NCBI GenBank assembly: GCA_008632985.1
Contig: QPGO01000032.1
Location: 369,330 to 433,329, forward strand
DNA from: Psammoneis japonica
Lineage: Eukaryota
Reading direction: 5' to 3'
DNA: 64,000 nt
Shown: one piece after another, positions 37,861 to 49,283 of the stretch
Layout of the letters: each line of letters opens with the position of its first letter
How positions within the stretch are numbered: position 1 is the stretch's first letter
Notes under the pieces: generated by a model
Told to the model about the DNA's origin: nothing
What the model saw: only the letters and a program-made list of their open reading frames with translations
Database searches by the model: none
Made by a program: the position numbers and the translations under genes

Positions 37861-37948
37861 TCCTCTAGAAAGGGGGAAGTGGAGACCAACGCTGTGCCAT
37901 CTCAACGAGGCGTTCGACGGGGGCTCGTCATGATTGTCGAGTGCCCGT

Positions 37949-37990
37949 TGAATGAATGAATGAATGAATGAATGAATGAAAATGAATGAG
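37949..37990 (+). repeat. (TGAA)n microsatellite
   Basis: Direct reading. Confidence 0.95.
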
Positions 37991-38463
37991 CTGAATGTTT
38001 TTGCGGTGTGAGCGGATGCCGTTTGTGACGTCGCGGCGAACCCAGCATCCACGCAATTGCCTTCTGCGCACGCACTGCATCATACTGCGCCTTGTTTCGC
38101 TTCTTTGTGCTGTTGATTGGATTGGCGATTATCGCTCTTATCATCATTTTTTCTCCTCTACTCTCTATCTGTCTTCTTCCCCTTTTTTGTTTCCGTCAAT
38201 AACACAGAATAGGTGCCATAGAATGAGAATCTTGGAGAACGAACGTCCCACATGCAACTAGCAGGCCCCATGTACCGGTATGAAAACACGCATCCAAAGT
38301 ATAATCGCTCGATCCGCTGAAAACCTGGGTTTTGATGCATACCACACAAGCATAACACTGGCTGTGTTTCTGAAGAATCAACAGTTTAATTTGGAAACGA
38401 CTATCTACACTCCGTACGATACTGTTGACCGTGTTTGCGGCCTTATCTCCAAGTCTCCAAGCC

Positions 38464-39784
38464 ATGCCTCGAAGGCAACATGATACTTCTACTTGTACCG
38501 GCGCGGTAACGATTTGTTTGACAATGCTCTGGTTCGCGCTGCTATTTGTCCACGTCACTGCCTTTGTTCCCCATCCAACAAGGACTTCGATTCGCTTTAG
38601 TTCACCGTCTTATTTGTGCGCTCAAGGTCCATTCCAACCACTAAAGGATGGAACGAAAAGAATTGTGAAGCATTCGTTACCTCCAATTCCACCTCAAGAT
38701 GAGAATGTTTCGATCAAAGACCAGTTCCGTCCAAAATTCGTTGTAAAGGAATTCTTGATGGGACTAAGAGTCATGTGCCTTATTCACCCCTTTCTTATGA
38801 TGGCTTCGCTCCTGATGCACCTACTAAGGATTAGGTTTTCGCCGGTGACAAGTCCAATCCTGGGCCCGAACCACCTGGCGAACCTTTCCTTGGTGTTCGA
38901 TTACAAATCCAAATGTCTTTTGAAACAATTTTTCAGCCCCAATTCCGCTGTCTTCATGTTTTTATTCTCTCCAGTCATTGAGGAAGTCGCATAAAATTGG
39001 TCAGTGGTTGGGGGCCTTGAGCTCCCAGATCGATATCTGGTGGTTTGTCAAGATTTGCCAATTCTTTCCGCCAAGTCTAGCTCTTGCCCTCCCATTCCTC
39101 GGGATCGCAATAAAGTTGTTTCAGGTTCTGGTTGAACGGAAGGCTTGGCAAGCAACTGTTTTAGGACTGGCATCCATGATTCCAATGTTAATTCTCCTTC
39201 GGACAAAAATAGCAATTGTGTCGGGCATACGAAGACCGAAAGACACCGAGAAGCCGAAGACAGACGACGAAGTGTCGGTGAACGAGACTGAAATCGAGGT
39301 GGTGCCGAATCACGCTGGCCCTCTCAATCATAATTAATACATTTCAAAGGTGGTTGCCAAGGATGGTAATCCGTACTTTGAGTCCATTGCAGGAATTGCA
39401 GATTCTTCCGTGACCATGAATGCCAAATGGTATGGAGCATATGAGTTTGGACTGGGACATTTGCTAGTCTTTCCATACTTTCAAAAGTGTCTCGGCACAA
39501 TAGTTTCATCGCTTTTGGTAGAGAGTCGGCTTGCGGTTCGACGGAGGACGCTGTGGGGAGCGTTTGGAGCACACATTGCGTACTACTGTTTTGGCGCTGT
39601 GTCGCCGCTCTCGCGATTACTTTCATATATCTATATTTTTCAGGCCAAAATGAATTGGGGGGTCGATCTTTTGGTTGCTGTGCCAATCGTCTTCGCTATT
39701 CATACGAAAATGCTTTGGTCTTTTGCAAGCTTCCTTCGTGACGTTGAGACACGACTTTCAAGAATAGAGGCTGCTTCCATCTAA
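38464..39784 (+). pseudogene. Disrupted CPBP/CAAX-protease paralogue
   Basis: Colinear with 34002..35486 (LPPIPPQ..FRPKFV; FQKCLGTIVSSLLVESRL); frameshift/stop right after EEVA (38992) and in-frame TAA at 39335-39337. Confidence 0.7.
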
Positions 39785-39907
39785 CTTGGTGAGGTGTTGA
39801 GATTGACAGAGACATGTTGTATTTCCTGTAGATAGTAGCTATCCCCCCTCGGAAGTAGTCGTTATCGTTTGCATTGACCTACCGGTAGTCACAACCCAAA
39901 CATCTTT

Positions 39908-40789
39908 TCACAGTGAATCCCCATATATATCGCGGTGCTGCATTTCAGGAGCGTCGCCCTTTCTGCTAAAGCTTGCAACATACACGACTCGTTTTCCCGC
40001 TTGTACTGGACTTCCAGCATGTGTAACACAGCCGCCAAACAAGAGTGCTGTTCCTCCAGAGGGTTTCATGATCATGGACGGATCCTCGATGCGATGACCA
40101 CGAGCATCTTGCGACCAAAAGGCTGTTCCTCCACCAGAAAAATCCACATACGGACACGACAGTGGCAATAAGACAGTCAGGGCTTGAGCGTCCTTGTGAG
40201 CCAGGAATTCTCCTCCTTTAGTGTACACATTAATTGCCGGTTCTCGAGATGAAAACGAAAGTTGATGGCTTGCAAACAAGTCACTGACAGAGTCGGTTCC
40301 AAAGAGCTCAGTCGCCAGTGAGGGTAAGGAGTCGTCAATGTAGTGTATAATTCGTAGCAAAATGTCATTCAAAAGAGCATCAATGTCATCAGGAAGTGGT
40401 TCAGCACACGGTGTATTGGTTGCAGCTGCCCGTTCTGCGGCCTTGATCGTTGGTAGCCGTACAAGCCCGGGCTTATCGAGACATGTTGTTGGTGTTGCCC
40501 GACTCGCAGCCTTCAGACACGATTCAATCAAAAACTTGCATTCATGTGGAGACACGATATTAAAGAGTTGCAATACGCTCTCGCCATTCTTGACTCGCTC
40601 TCCCACCGACAGGCCAGAGACGTCATTGTCAAAGTGTGTCTCTGCAAAATGTGGCTCCGCTTTCGTTCGATCTTCACCCACTAGTCTCGTACTCTTTATG
40701 ACATTAAAGTTTATTGAAAAGCTTTCGACATGCTGGTACCTGAGGTGTATCGATAAAGAGAAGGCTGCGGTAACAAACAGCGATCTCAT
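39908..40789 (-). CDS. 2OG-Fe(II) oxygenase (prolyl-hydroxylase-like)
   Basis: HKD...H...RVVYVAS facial triad and 2OG-binding motif; FSGGGTAF; signal-like N-terminus. Confidence 0.85.
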   Translation of the reverse strand: MRSLFVTAAFSLSIHLRYQHVESFSINFNVIKSTRLVGEDRTKAEPHFAETHFDNDVSGLSVGERVKNGESVLQLFNIVSPHECKFLIESCLKAASRATPTTCLDKPGLVRLPTIKAAERAAATNTPCAEPLPDDIDALLNDILLRIIHYIDDSLPSLATELFGTDSVSDLFASHQLSFSSREPAINVYTKGGEFLAHKDAQALTVLLPLSCPYVDFSGGGTAFWSQDARGHRIEDPSMIMKPSGGTALLFGGCVTHAGSPVQAGKRVVYVASFSRKGDAPEMQHRDIYGDSL

Positions 40790-41292
40790 TGTCAACGACT
40801 TTGAAGAAGAAATTTTGCGATAGATTTTGATTTGAAGAAATGAGGTCTGTAGTTCTGTGCGTTCATGCTGCGCCAAAAACGTCATTCAGCGATTTGAGAT
40901 TTCAAGATTCAAGTCGTGAATCTATCACTCACTCCTTATCATTTTAAATCTTAACAGTTTCGTATAAAATTCATGTGACGATCGCTAAGAGAGCACTCCA
41001 GTCGCGTTTTTCAGCCAATCAGGATGCGTAATTTTGTAACGAGAAAGCAACGGAACGCTAAACACAAAAATGCCGATGTTGTTTCACTGCAAAACACACA
41101 CAACGACGATTTCTGTCATTCGTCATTCGTGTTCCACCTTTTGCCAAGTGTTCAAGCGAAGCGAGGCCTCTCAAGCCCCTCGAATCATCTCTTGTTACGT
41201 AAGCTGCTGTTTACGTTTCGCTACTGCAGCGCTACTTTTCTCTTCGATTGAAATTATTCCGCTCCTCATACAGTATCATCAATAACACAACA

Positions 41293-43233
41293 ATGTTAGA
41301 CTTATTTGCGGTATTCACAACCTTTATTGCATCCATACGGAGCGTTGGTACCGCTTGTACCATGGCCATGGTGGGAGTGTACTTGCACCGTCGATCGTTC
41401 ATTGTGGGCGAAGGCAAACGAACGCTGGCACTCATATCTCAGCAAGTGACAATCCCGTTGTTTCTCTTTACAAAAATTGTGTACTGCAATCAGGATTGGT
41501 CCGACGCACCGTGTCCGGACATTACTAGTAAACTTGAAGATGTGTGGGCCTTGCTCCTGTGGCCGGCTTATGTTGTGTCTTGTGGGCTGTTGGTGGGCTG
41601 GGCTGCAGCCTATGTATCCAAGACGCCACCAGCGCAGTTTCGAAGTGTGCTTGCAGCTTGTGCGTTTGGCAATTCAACAGGACTGCCAATCACTCTTCTC
41701 ACTGTAGTTCATGCAAACTTTCCAGATACGACTGAACTGGGACGAGTGGATCCAACTCTGTTTCTATCTGTCTATCTTCTCTTGTATCCCGTGCTACAGT
41801 GGGGTGTTGGAGGATGGTTACTTGCGCCTCTAGAGGAGGATGACGACGATGAATCGTCAACGGACGAGGAGGAGCAAGATGTAAAGACGAGTCCACTTTT
41901 GAAAAACAAGCACGAAGAACCCTCTGTGGAAGAGGGCCACGCCGATCAGTCACTGCTATCGCCCAGGTCACACCGAATGCGCCGAACAAGTGTACCGGGA
42001 CATGTGGGACGCAATGTGCTCAACAATAAGGAAATGCTTCATCACTACGAGTACCTTCGCAGGGGGATTTCTGAAACAGATGCCAGTCTCTACATTTCAA
42101 ATGCGGATTTGGTGCAAATGGCTAGTCAATTTGAAAACATTCCGGCACCACCTGTGCAGTCCGCTACTCGTCAATACTCGGCACCAGCAGCTCCGCAGTC
42201 GTCAAGAAACAATGGCGATGCAGGCCCAGGAGACTGTGCTACTGGTTCTTTGCCCGGTTATCAGGTGCAAGACTACGCGACTCCTCCAACTCAACCGCAG
42301 CAACTATCGTCACCTGCCTATCAACGACGAAACCAAGCTGCTCCAAACTCTGTTACGGAATCTACTGAAAAGTCCTTGCTCTTGCCAGCTGATCAAAACA
42401 ACGACGACGATGATGGTGATTCTCAAGCAAAGAGCTGTGCTTCCAGCGTCTTTGAAGCGGAACGCTTGTGGGATATTGGTGCCAAGATTATATCAAGATG
42501 TTTGCAACCACCCGTGGTGGGAGCCATGATGGGATTGGTGGTGGCATCGACACCTGTTTTGCGTGGGATCTTTGTGGATTTGGAACGACGGTCCGCGGCT
42601 CCACTGGAATGGCTTTTTGATGGACTCTATGCGGTAAGTGTTGATTGCGTCGTGCATATATGATGAGCTCTCTTTTGTTTTGTTTTGATAAGCCGCTGAT
42701 GCCATGCAATTGTCCACGCCTCTGTGGTTGCTCAGGTTGGCCAAGCTGCGGTACCCATCAATATGATTATTCTTGGATGCAACCTTTCTGCAAGTCAACT
42801 GACCAAGCCGGATCCGCGTCCTCCTTTCATCGAAACCATGGCGGCGATTGTTGTGGGGAAAATGGTCGTCATGCCCATTGTCGGTATCCTTACGGCGCTC
42901 CTGTTTGACCGATACTTTTGGGACATTCCTGAGTGTAAGCCCATTGTTTTCTTATTCTGGTTATTTGTGCATCTGTGATGATTTACTCTCTTGAATAGAG
43001 TCTAATATTGGTGTGTCTTTTTCTTTCACAGCCATCAATGCTTCCTTCTACTTGGTGTGCATGATTGTTTTTATTACGCCGACCGCGAATAATGTGATGG
43101 TGATGGTTGAATTGTCCGGAAGTGGTACAAGGGAAGGGATTGCACAAGTATTGCTTGGCAGTACGCTGTGGCGCCGATTGTTTTGAGCATGTCCATGACC
43201 GTTGTTGTAGGAGTGGCGAGTCAATGGTCGTAA
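41293..43233 (+). CDS. PILS/auxin-efflux-carrier (Mem_trans) family transporter; 3 exons; one apparent frameshift at ~43150
   Basis: FGNSTGLPITL, LQPPVVG, GQAAVPINMIILGCNL, TPTANN, WQY; introns 42634-42735 and ~42934-43031. Confidence 0.85.
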
Positions 43234-43364
43234 CGTTCATTTTTTCTTTTTTTTTTCTGCAACAGCAATTGTTGTGGGAACTCTCTAGACTACGGTAGTT
43301 GGGAAATAGTTTTAGAAAATAGATGATACCCGGGTTTACAGTGCTATTCTTTTGAGTCCCTATT

Positions 43365-44932
43365 CTACGCCTTGTCGAGCTTTAAAATGGCTCGGTACAA
43401 TGACAATACATGGGCATACGCCTTGTTGAGAAACTCCTTCTTGGCTTCTTTCGTACTGATGCCGCCCAGGTCTTCTTGATGTACCTTGAGGAGACGTTTC
43501 TTAACCATGATTCGGTACTTGGTTTCGTACTATCCTGATGAAACAAGTCACCCATTCGTTGAAGCTTGTACATTTCAAACGCAATCTGGACCTGTCGCGG
43601 TGTAATCTTGGCTGCAACACTGGCGCTTGCAGCGTCGCCGTCCGATAAGGGCTGGAAAAAGGATTCGTCGTCCACATTCACGTTGAGTGCCGGAATCCAT
43701 GGCTGCTTGTCACGACAAGCTTGATCAAACAGTTCGTAGTCGACCCGGTTTCGCAACGCGACGAACGCAGGTGCTGGATCTTCCACATTGACTTCGACAA
43801 CGTTCTGGTCGTCTTGGCAAAAACTGTAAACCGCTTTCAACATGGCCTTGCCATGCCCAGCACGTTGAAAAGGTGGTAATATCAAAGCCTGACAGATTCG
43901 AACCACCATACCAGGCTTGGGTTTCTTGAAGGGTGACGAGAAGAAGAACAATGTCACGTAACCTGCAAGTGAGTAGCGGCTGTCTTGTTGTTTGCAAAAG
44001 AGATAGAGAACTTTCCAATGGCCACCATCTTGGTTCAGCACGTCAACAGAGTCAGCGGTTTCGATAAACCACATTGCCAAGTTTTGAACGCAGCCATGAT
44101 AATCCGCTACCCCTGGATCTTTACCGTTTGCCATACACAGAACAAAGTCCGTTTCTATACCGGTCAACTGGAGTTGGTATGTTTCCACAACGCTGCCGAT
44201 TGGCTCCTCTAGATAATCATTGTTAATCTGATGACTTTCAATATCACTCCTAGAGCAAGGTGGCAGTCCCTTGCCAACCTTTTCCAGAACTTCTTCCACT
44301 GGCATGCGTCTGCGTCGAGTTCTGCCTTCTGCTGCGTCGTCATCCTCTTCTGCCGAAGAACACGTGTACAGAGAAGCTGACGATGATTCCTCTGCTGTCT
44401 CATCCTCGGGCGATGAAGAATCTTGATCGCATTCTGTGTTTTCCTTCTCAGTGTTCTTCTGTCCGGAATCCGAATTGTCGAAGCGTACGCGTTTCGCGTT
44501 CTTGTCGCTCTGCCTCGTGATTACTCTTTTCTTCTTCTTGGATACGTCAACAGACACGCTGCAAGTTCGACAAGATGGTGCCAGGTCGACAACTATCGAT
44601 AAGTGATGAGTAGATTCCTCATCATGGTGCTTATGAGATGAGTGCGTCTTGCCCCCCAACTCCTTTAAGGCTTCCAGCGACGGAAGATACCCTCGAATCC
44701 ATTCGCCATCAGGAAAACACTGATGGGTAAACTCGGGACGAAAGGTGCTTCCCATCAGACGAAAGGAAATACAACGAGCTGCCGATGAGAGATGTGGATC
44801 ATCTTCATCCCTGGGATCAGACTTATGGTCCTCTTGCGGCAGCGACAGCGCCATGGTGCCGTCGGTTTGCGTCGTCATTGTCGTACAAGAGGAGGAGGAC
44901 GAACGACGAGCTGACGAGGTCTTACGCATCAT
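43365..44932 (-). CDS. HAT1: Histone acetyltransferase type B catalytic subunit; apparent frameshift at ~43520
   Basis: FRPEFTHQCF..EWIRGY, WFIETAD, RICQALILPPFQRAGHG, NVEDPAPAF; shifted tail reads YRIMVKKRL. Confidence 0.85.
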
Positions 44933-45334
44933 CGAATAAAATATTTACGAAAAATGACTGAATGTTATTAAGTCATTCTTTCAAATGACCCAATTACATA
45001 TGCTCCAGTGCGATGCACGACCAACATCTTCTTTTTCAGTGTTGTATTTTAATTTAAGAGTGCCATGGGCGTATGATGTCTCCGACAAAATTTGTAAACC
45101 TTACTTAACGAGTGTTCATTTTCTTATGTCTTTTTCGTAGCTGTTCACAGAGAAGATGACTGGTCTTTGTCGTAAATGTTGCGATCATTTATCAAACGCG
45201 AATTTCTTCTTTTTATCCGCGTGACCGCAAGAACACTCGACTCACTCTTGTTCTCACAAAAACAAAATCACTTCAAAGTGAACATTAAAACACTTACAAA
45301 GAACAAAACGTCGAGCACTCTCAACAAAGAGACC

Positions 45335-46658
45335 ATGCGTTTCCTTACCCTTGCTTTCCTGATGGCCGTTTGCGCCATTGGCGTCAGTGGATCGGACACG
45401 GAGGATAACAACGCCTCGGTAAGTATCACTGTTGTTTGTGTTTTGCATTTAGAATCCATTCTTTCTTTCCTCATTGTGCAATCCCCATCCTCGTTTATAC
45501 TTTCTTGCTCCTCTATCAGGTGCAGCTGGAAGACCTAACCGGAGTAGATCCCCATGAAGAAGAACAAGGTGGTGTTGTCGTCTTGGAGGACGACGGAGAT
45601 AATCGTTCTTTACGTGGGAAATTGGCATTGCCCCCAGGCGTCACCGCCGTAACCCGACGAGGCATCACAACCTATACGATGAAGATTCGGCTCTGGTATT
45701 GGCTGAGGCAGAAAGACTTGTGCATCAACCCTCTCGAGTTCTGCAACGCTTTCCTCTCTGAGAGATTTGACTCTGCACAATTGTGGGCCAAAGACGTTGA
45801 TGAAGGCTTCGTCCACACTTATGTTGCGGCTGGGGCCACCTGCTGGGCTACGGCTAAGGCCACCGCAAGAACGAGCGCTCTCATTGATGCGGAAGCATTG
45901 CTCACAGTCAAGCAACGAGGACGGATCGGACCAGTCCCTGAAATCAATTTCCAATCGAAGTTGCACAAGTGTCAGCTGTCTGTGGCATTCAGCAGGTCTT
46001 CCGCTGAAGGTGCCGCCTACACTGAAGGCACAGCTGGTGCTGATGTTGATCCGAAGGCGGTGTGCAGGACCTTACCTTCAAACCACCCGTTCAAAAAAAC
46101 TCGTCGCTGTACTGATGGCGGCGGAAGCGTGGAAGCCTATGGAACGGCCGATGCTGTTGCCACCGCATCCAATCTCTCCGTGCGCTTGCGGAGTCCAGAA
46201 TCTCACAGAAAGTAAGCGTGATTTCCCGGGGCAGGAGCGTTGATTTCTTTGATGCGGTTGTGGTTGGCGGAGCATCGAGCTTCACGCAGGCCGGAGCCAA
46301 GAGTCTTACTACTGCTACGCTAATGTCGTCGCCAACGCTGATGCTTACAATTGGGTTGATAATTGCATCGAGTGGTGGCAATGGTTCTGCACTGGGCACC
46401 GGTGGTGCCCCTTTTGTACGTGGGAAAATGTCGGTGGACATTGCAATCGGCAGAAGCACACGCTCAAGCCGCAGAGGTGCCTATGCGGATGCCTTTTCCA
46501 AGGCTGTGGCGAAATCATTCGGTGACCTCGAAGTCTCAGTTGCAATGAATGCGCAGTTTCAGCGCAACCCCTCTACTGGAAAGATTGACATGAGCTTGTC
46601 GTCTAAAACTGACTTCTCTGCGGGAGTCGTCACTACCTGTAGGGCCAGGGCATCCTAG
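45335..46658 (+). CDS. Secreted uncharacterised protein, family copy D; exons 45335-45418, 45520-46658; several small frameshifts (pseudogene or assembly error)
   Basis: MRFLTLAFLMAVCAIGVSG signal peptide; same intron position as copies A and C; shifts at ~46180, ~46318 and ~46450-46480. Confidence 0.7.
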
Positions 46659-47060
46659 AAAGAATGGCGAAATGTGCTGAGAGAACAAGGCACAACGCAA
46701 GGTTGCGAGTTGGGCGACACGTAGGAGTTTAGTAGGGCGGCGGCCAGATCATGAGTGATACAAGTTGAGAAACGAAGCCGGTTTGAAGCATGTGTCGCGA
46801 AATGATACTGTAATAGTTATTAGCAAGTACGTGTTATATGTAAAGCATTCAGAGTGTACCTTTCAACATATGTGAGTTGTCGCCTCCATGCTCTTTCGTC
46901 GCCCACATGATCGCACGCGTCTTGGATATGCCGTTGGAGCCTGAGACAACGGGGCGTCCACGGAATGACGCAAAAGGCTGTTGTCTTTTGCCGATAAATA
47001 ATTTGTAGCGAGGCATTCTTTAGTTACCCGCGGTTATGATTACTATGAAATCACAGCTAA

Positions 47061-48421
47061 CTAGCATACGCCCGGAATGAAGCGATACGGAACTAGTTCC
47101 TTGTATGTGTCCCAATCTTTGCCATACTTTGCTTGGCACATGGCATCGTCACGAATGGATCGATGTATCAGGAGGATACAAAAGTAAATGGCGTAAAAGT
47201 ACGGAACAATACTGCCAAACCCACACACCAAACACCAGCTCACGCCCATAATATAGTCGCCGGTATAGTTAATCTTGCGTGCCATTCCCCACCACCCACT
47301 CGTCAGTAGTTTTGTACCGCGCTTGGTTTGTAAAAACGTCAAGTGTGACACGGCTGGATCGTTTGGATCACGCCGAAAGGCATCCTTTTGGCCGTTGGCT
47401 CCGCGAAACATGGCGTAACCCACCATGTGGACGGCAACAATACCCATCAGGCCAGGCAGAGACAAGTGCGGATCGTGCTTGACTAGATACCGGGCTTGCA
47501 ACGAGTACGTAAACGGCACCCATGCCAGATCTCCAAAGCAAAGCATAAAGCCAAAGCCGTCTGTTGTAATATCCATGGTTGTGAGAATAGCTCGTTCTTG
47601 ATAGAGTGCATCCCATACATAGACGCCCTGAAAGACATTGATTAGAATCATGGACCCCGTCACGTATCCGAGTTGTTCATGTTGTTGTATTAGACAACTT
47701 ATGTTGAGCAACATCCAACCAATCAAGCCGGGCCGAAGTTCACAAAAGACTTTCCAGTCAAAGTCAAACCAACGAGGATTAAGCTCCCGCCCAATGAAAA
47801 AGTCATAAACGGGATTCCCACTGTCGCCTCCGTCTGCCAAGATCTTGCCCTTACCAAAGGATGAGAGATACAAGTATAAACTAAAGACAAGGCATATAGC
47901 TGAAGTCACGAGTGACAGAGAACAAAAGTTATCGTGGAGTACAGCAGAGGAGCCGATCCCAGCTGCCAGACCTCATTTTCTGTGTGTACCACGGCCATCC
48001 GACCTGTGAGACAAGTAACGTTATCCAAAAGTCAAGTGACCGTTGATACGATATACCAATCGGTGGTCTGCGTTACCCTTGATGGGTGCTCCTTGCACCA
48101 ATTCACACGGCAAGAATCGTTCCAACACCACCAGAAACAAAAGTAGCCGAAAACACCAGTAGTGCACTGAAACAAAATGCTACTGCTCCAGTCCTTTTCT
48201 GATTGACAGCCGGGACACAAACCGGACTCTCCAAGACGGCATTCCAAAAGCGCTTTTCACGAAAGTCTTGCAAAAAGCCGAAATCTAAACGACCCAACTC
48301 GGCCCAGTACCCAAAGCAAACAGAGCGGAGGCAGCAAAACTGTGGTTGCAAAAGCACCAATCGGACCATTGAATTCGTAGTGGAAATCTTTCTTTTCTTT
48401 AGAAGAAGAAGACATTGTCAT
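47061..48421 (-). CDS. ERG24: Delta14-sterol reductase (ERG24/LBR/TM7SF2 family); 5' part frameshifted in this assembly
   Basis: YEFNGPIG, YDFFIGRELNPR, ELRPG, TTMDITTDGFGFML, LLTSGWWGMARKINY, CQAKYG. Confidence 0.85.
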
Positions 48422-48574
48422 GGAAGGAGTTCAGAGGACTGGTTATGCCGTTGTTGCTGTGTTGTTGTGGTGTTGCAGTGTAGCGTTGTACCGGTATGTG
48501 TTGTTGAGGGACAGCAACAGCGCGCACATACATGCAACGTGGCGAGATTGGAAGATACAACCAAGTAATGAATG

Positions 48575-49005
48575 TACGTACTCTAGTGCTAGCTAGTAGT
48601 AGAGAGTAGTAGATAGAGGCTCTCTACTAGCTAGCTACTTCTCTAGAGTAGTAGCTACTATCTACTCTCTACTCTAGCTACTCTAGCTCTAGTAGTAGAG
48701 CTACTCTCTAAGATACTCTAGCTAGCTCTACTCTAGAGCTAGCTACTAGCTCTACTAGCTATCTTGCTCACCGGTGTGTATCTTGCTTGCTTACAGTATC
48801 TTACTTATCTAGGGCCCATCTTCTCTAGAGTAGAGAGGCTAGCCTCTAAAGCTAGCTATAGCGAGGCTCTAGCTAGAGAGTAGTAGTGAGCTATCTCTAC
48901 CGGTGCTGTAGGCCCTATGGAGCTAGCTACCTACTAGTAGTAGTAGCTCTACTAGAGCTAGCTAGAGGGCCCTCTCTCTAGAGAGAGGCCTGCCAGCTAG
49001 CCAGG
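48575..49005. repeat. CTAG/TAG/AGAG/AGCT low-complexity patch
   Basis: Dense ctagctag, tagtag, ctctagag and agggccct. Confidence 0.9.
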
Positions 49006-49283
49006 GCTCCAAACGTTTAAGAGATGCTTCTTGGCACTCTTGGACAATGAACTTATGAACAGATTCCAGATCTGGATCATGAGAATGTCATGCACAAGAA
49101 TGCAAACATAGAAGCGTCAAAGAGATGCTTCTAGGTGCTAATGGAAAATAAACTTATAAACAGATTCCAGATCCACACAAATAAGAACGTAATAAAGAAT
49201 GTAACCATAGAAAGCTTATGCAGGGCCGGCCACTCAGATTTTTCGTGCACTCGGAACGTGCTTCGCGTCCGTGGCAGAATGAG

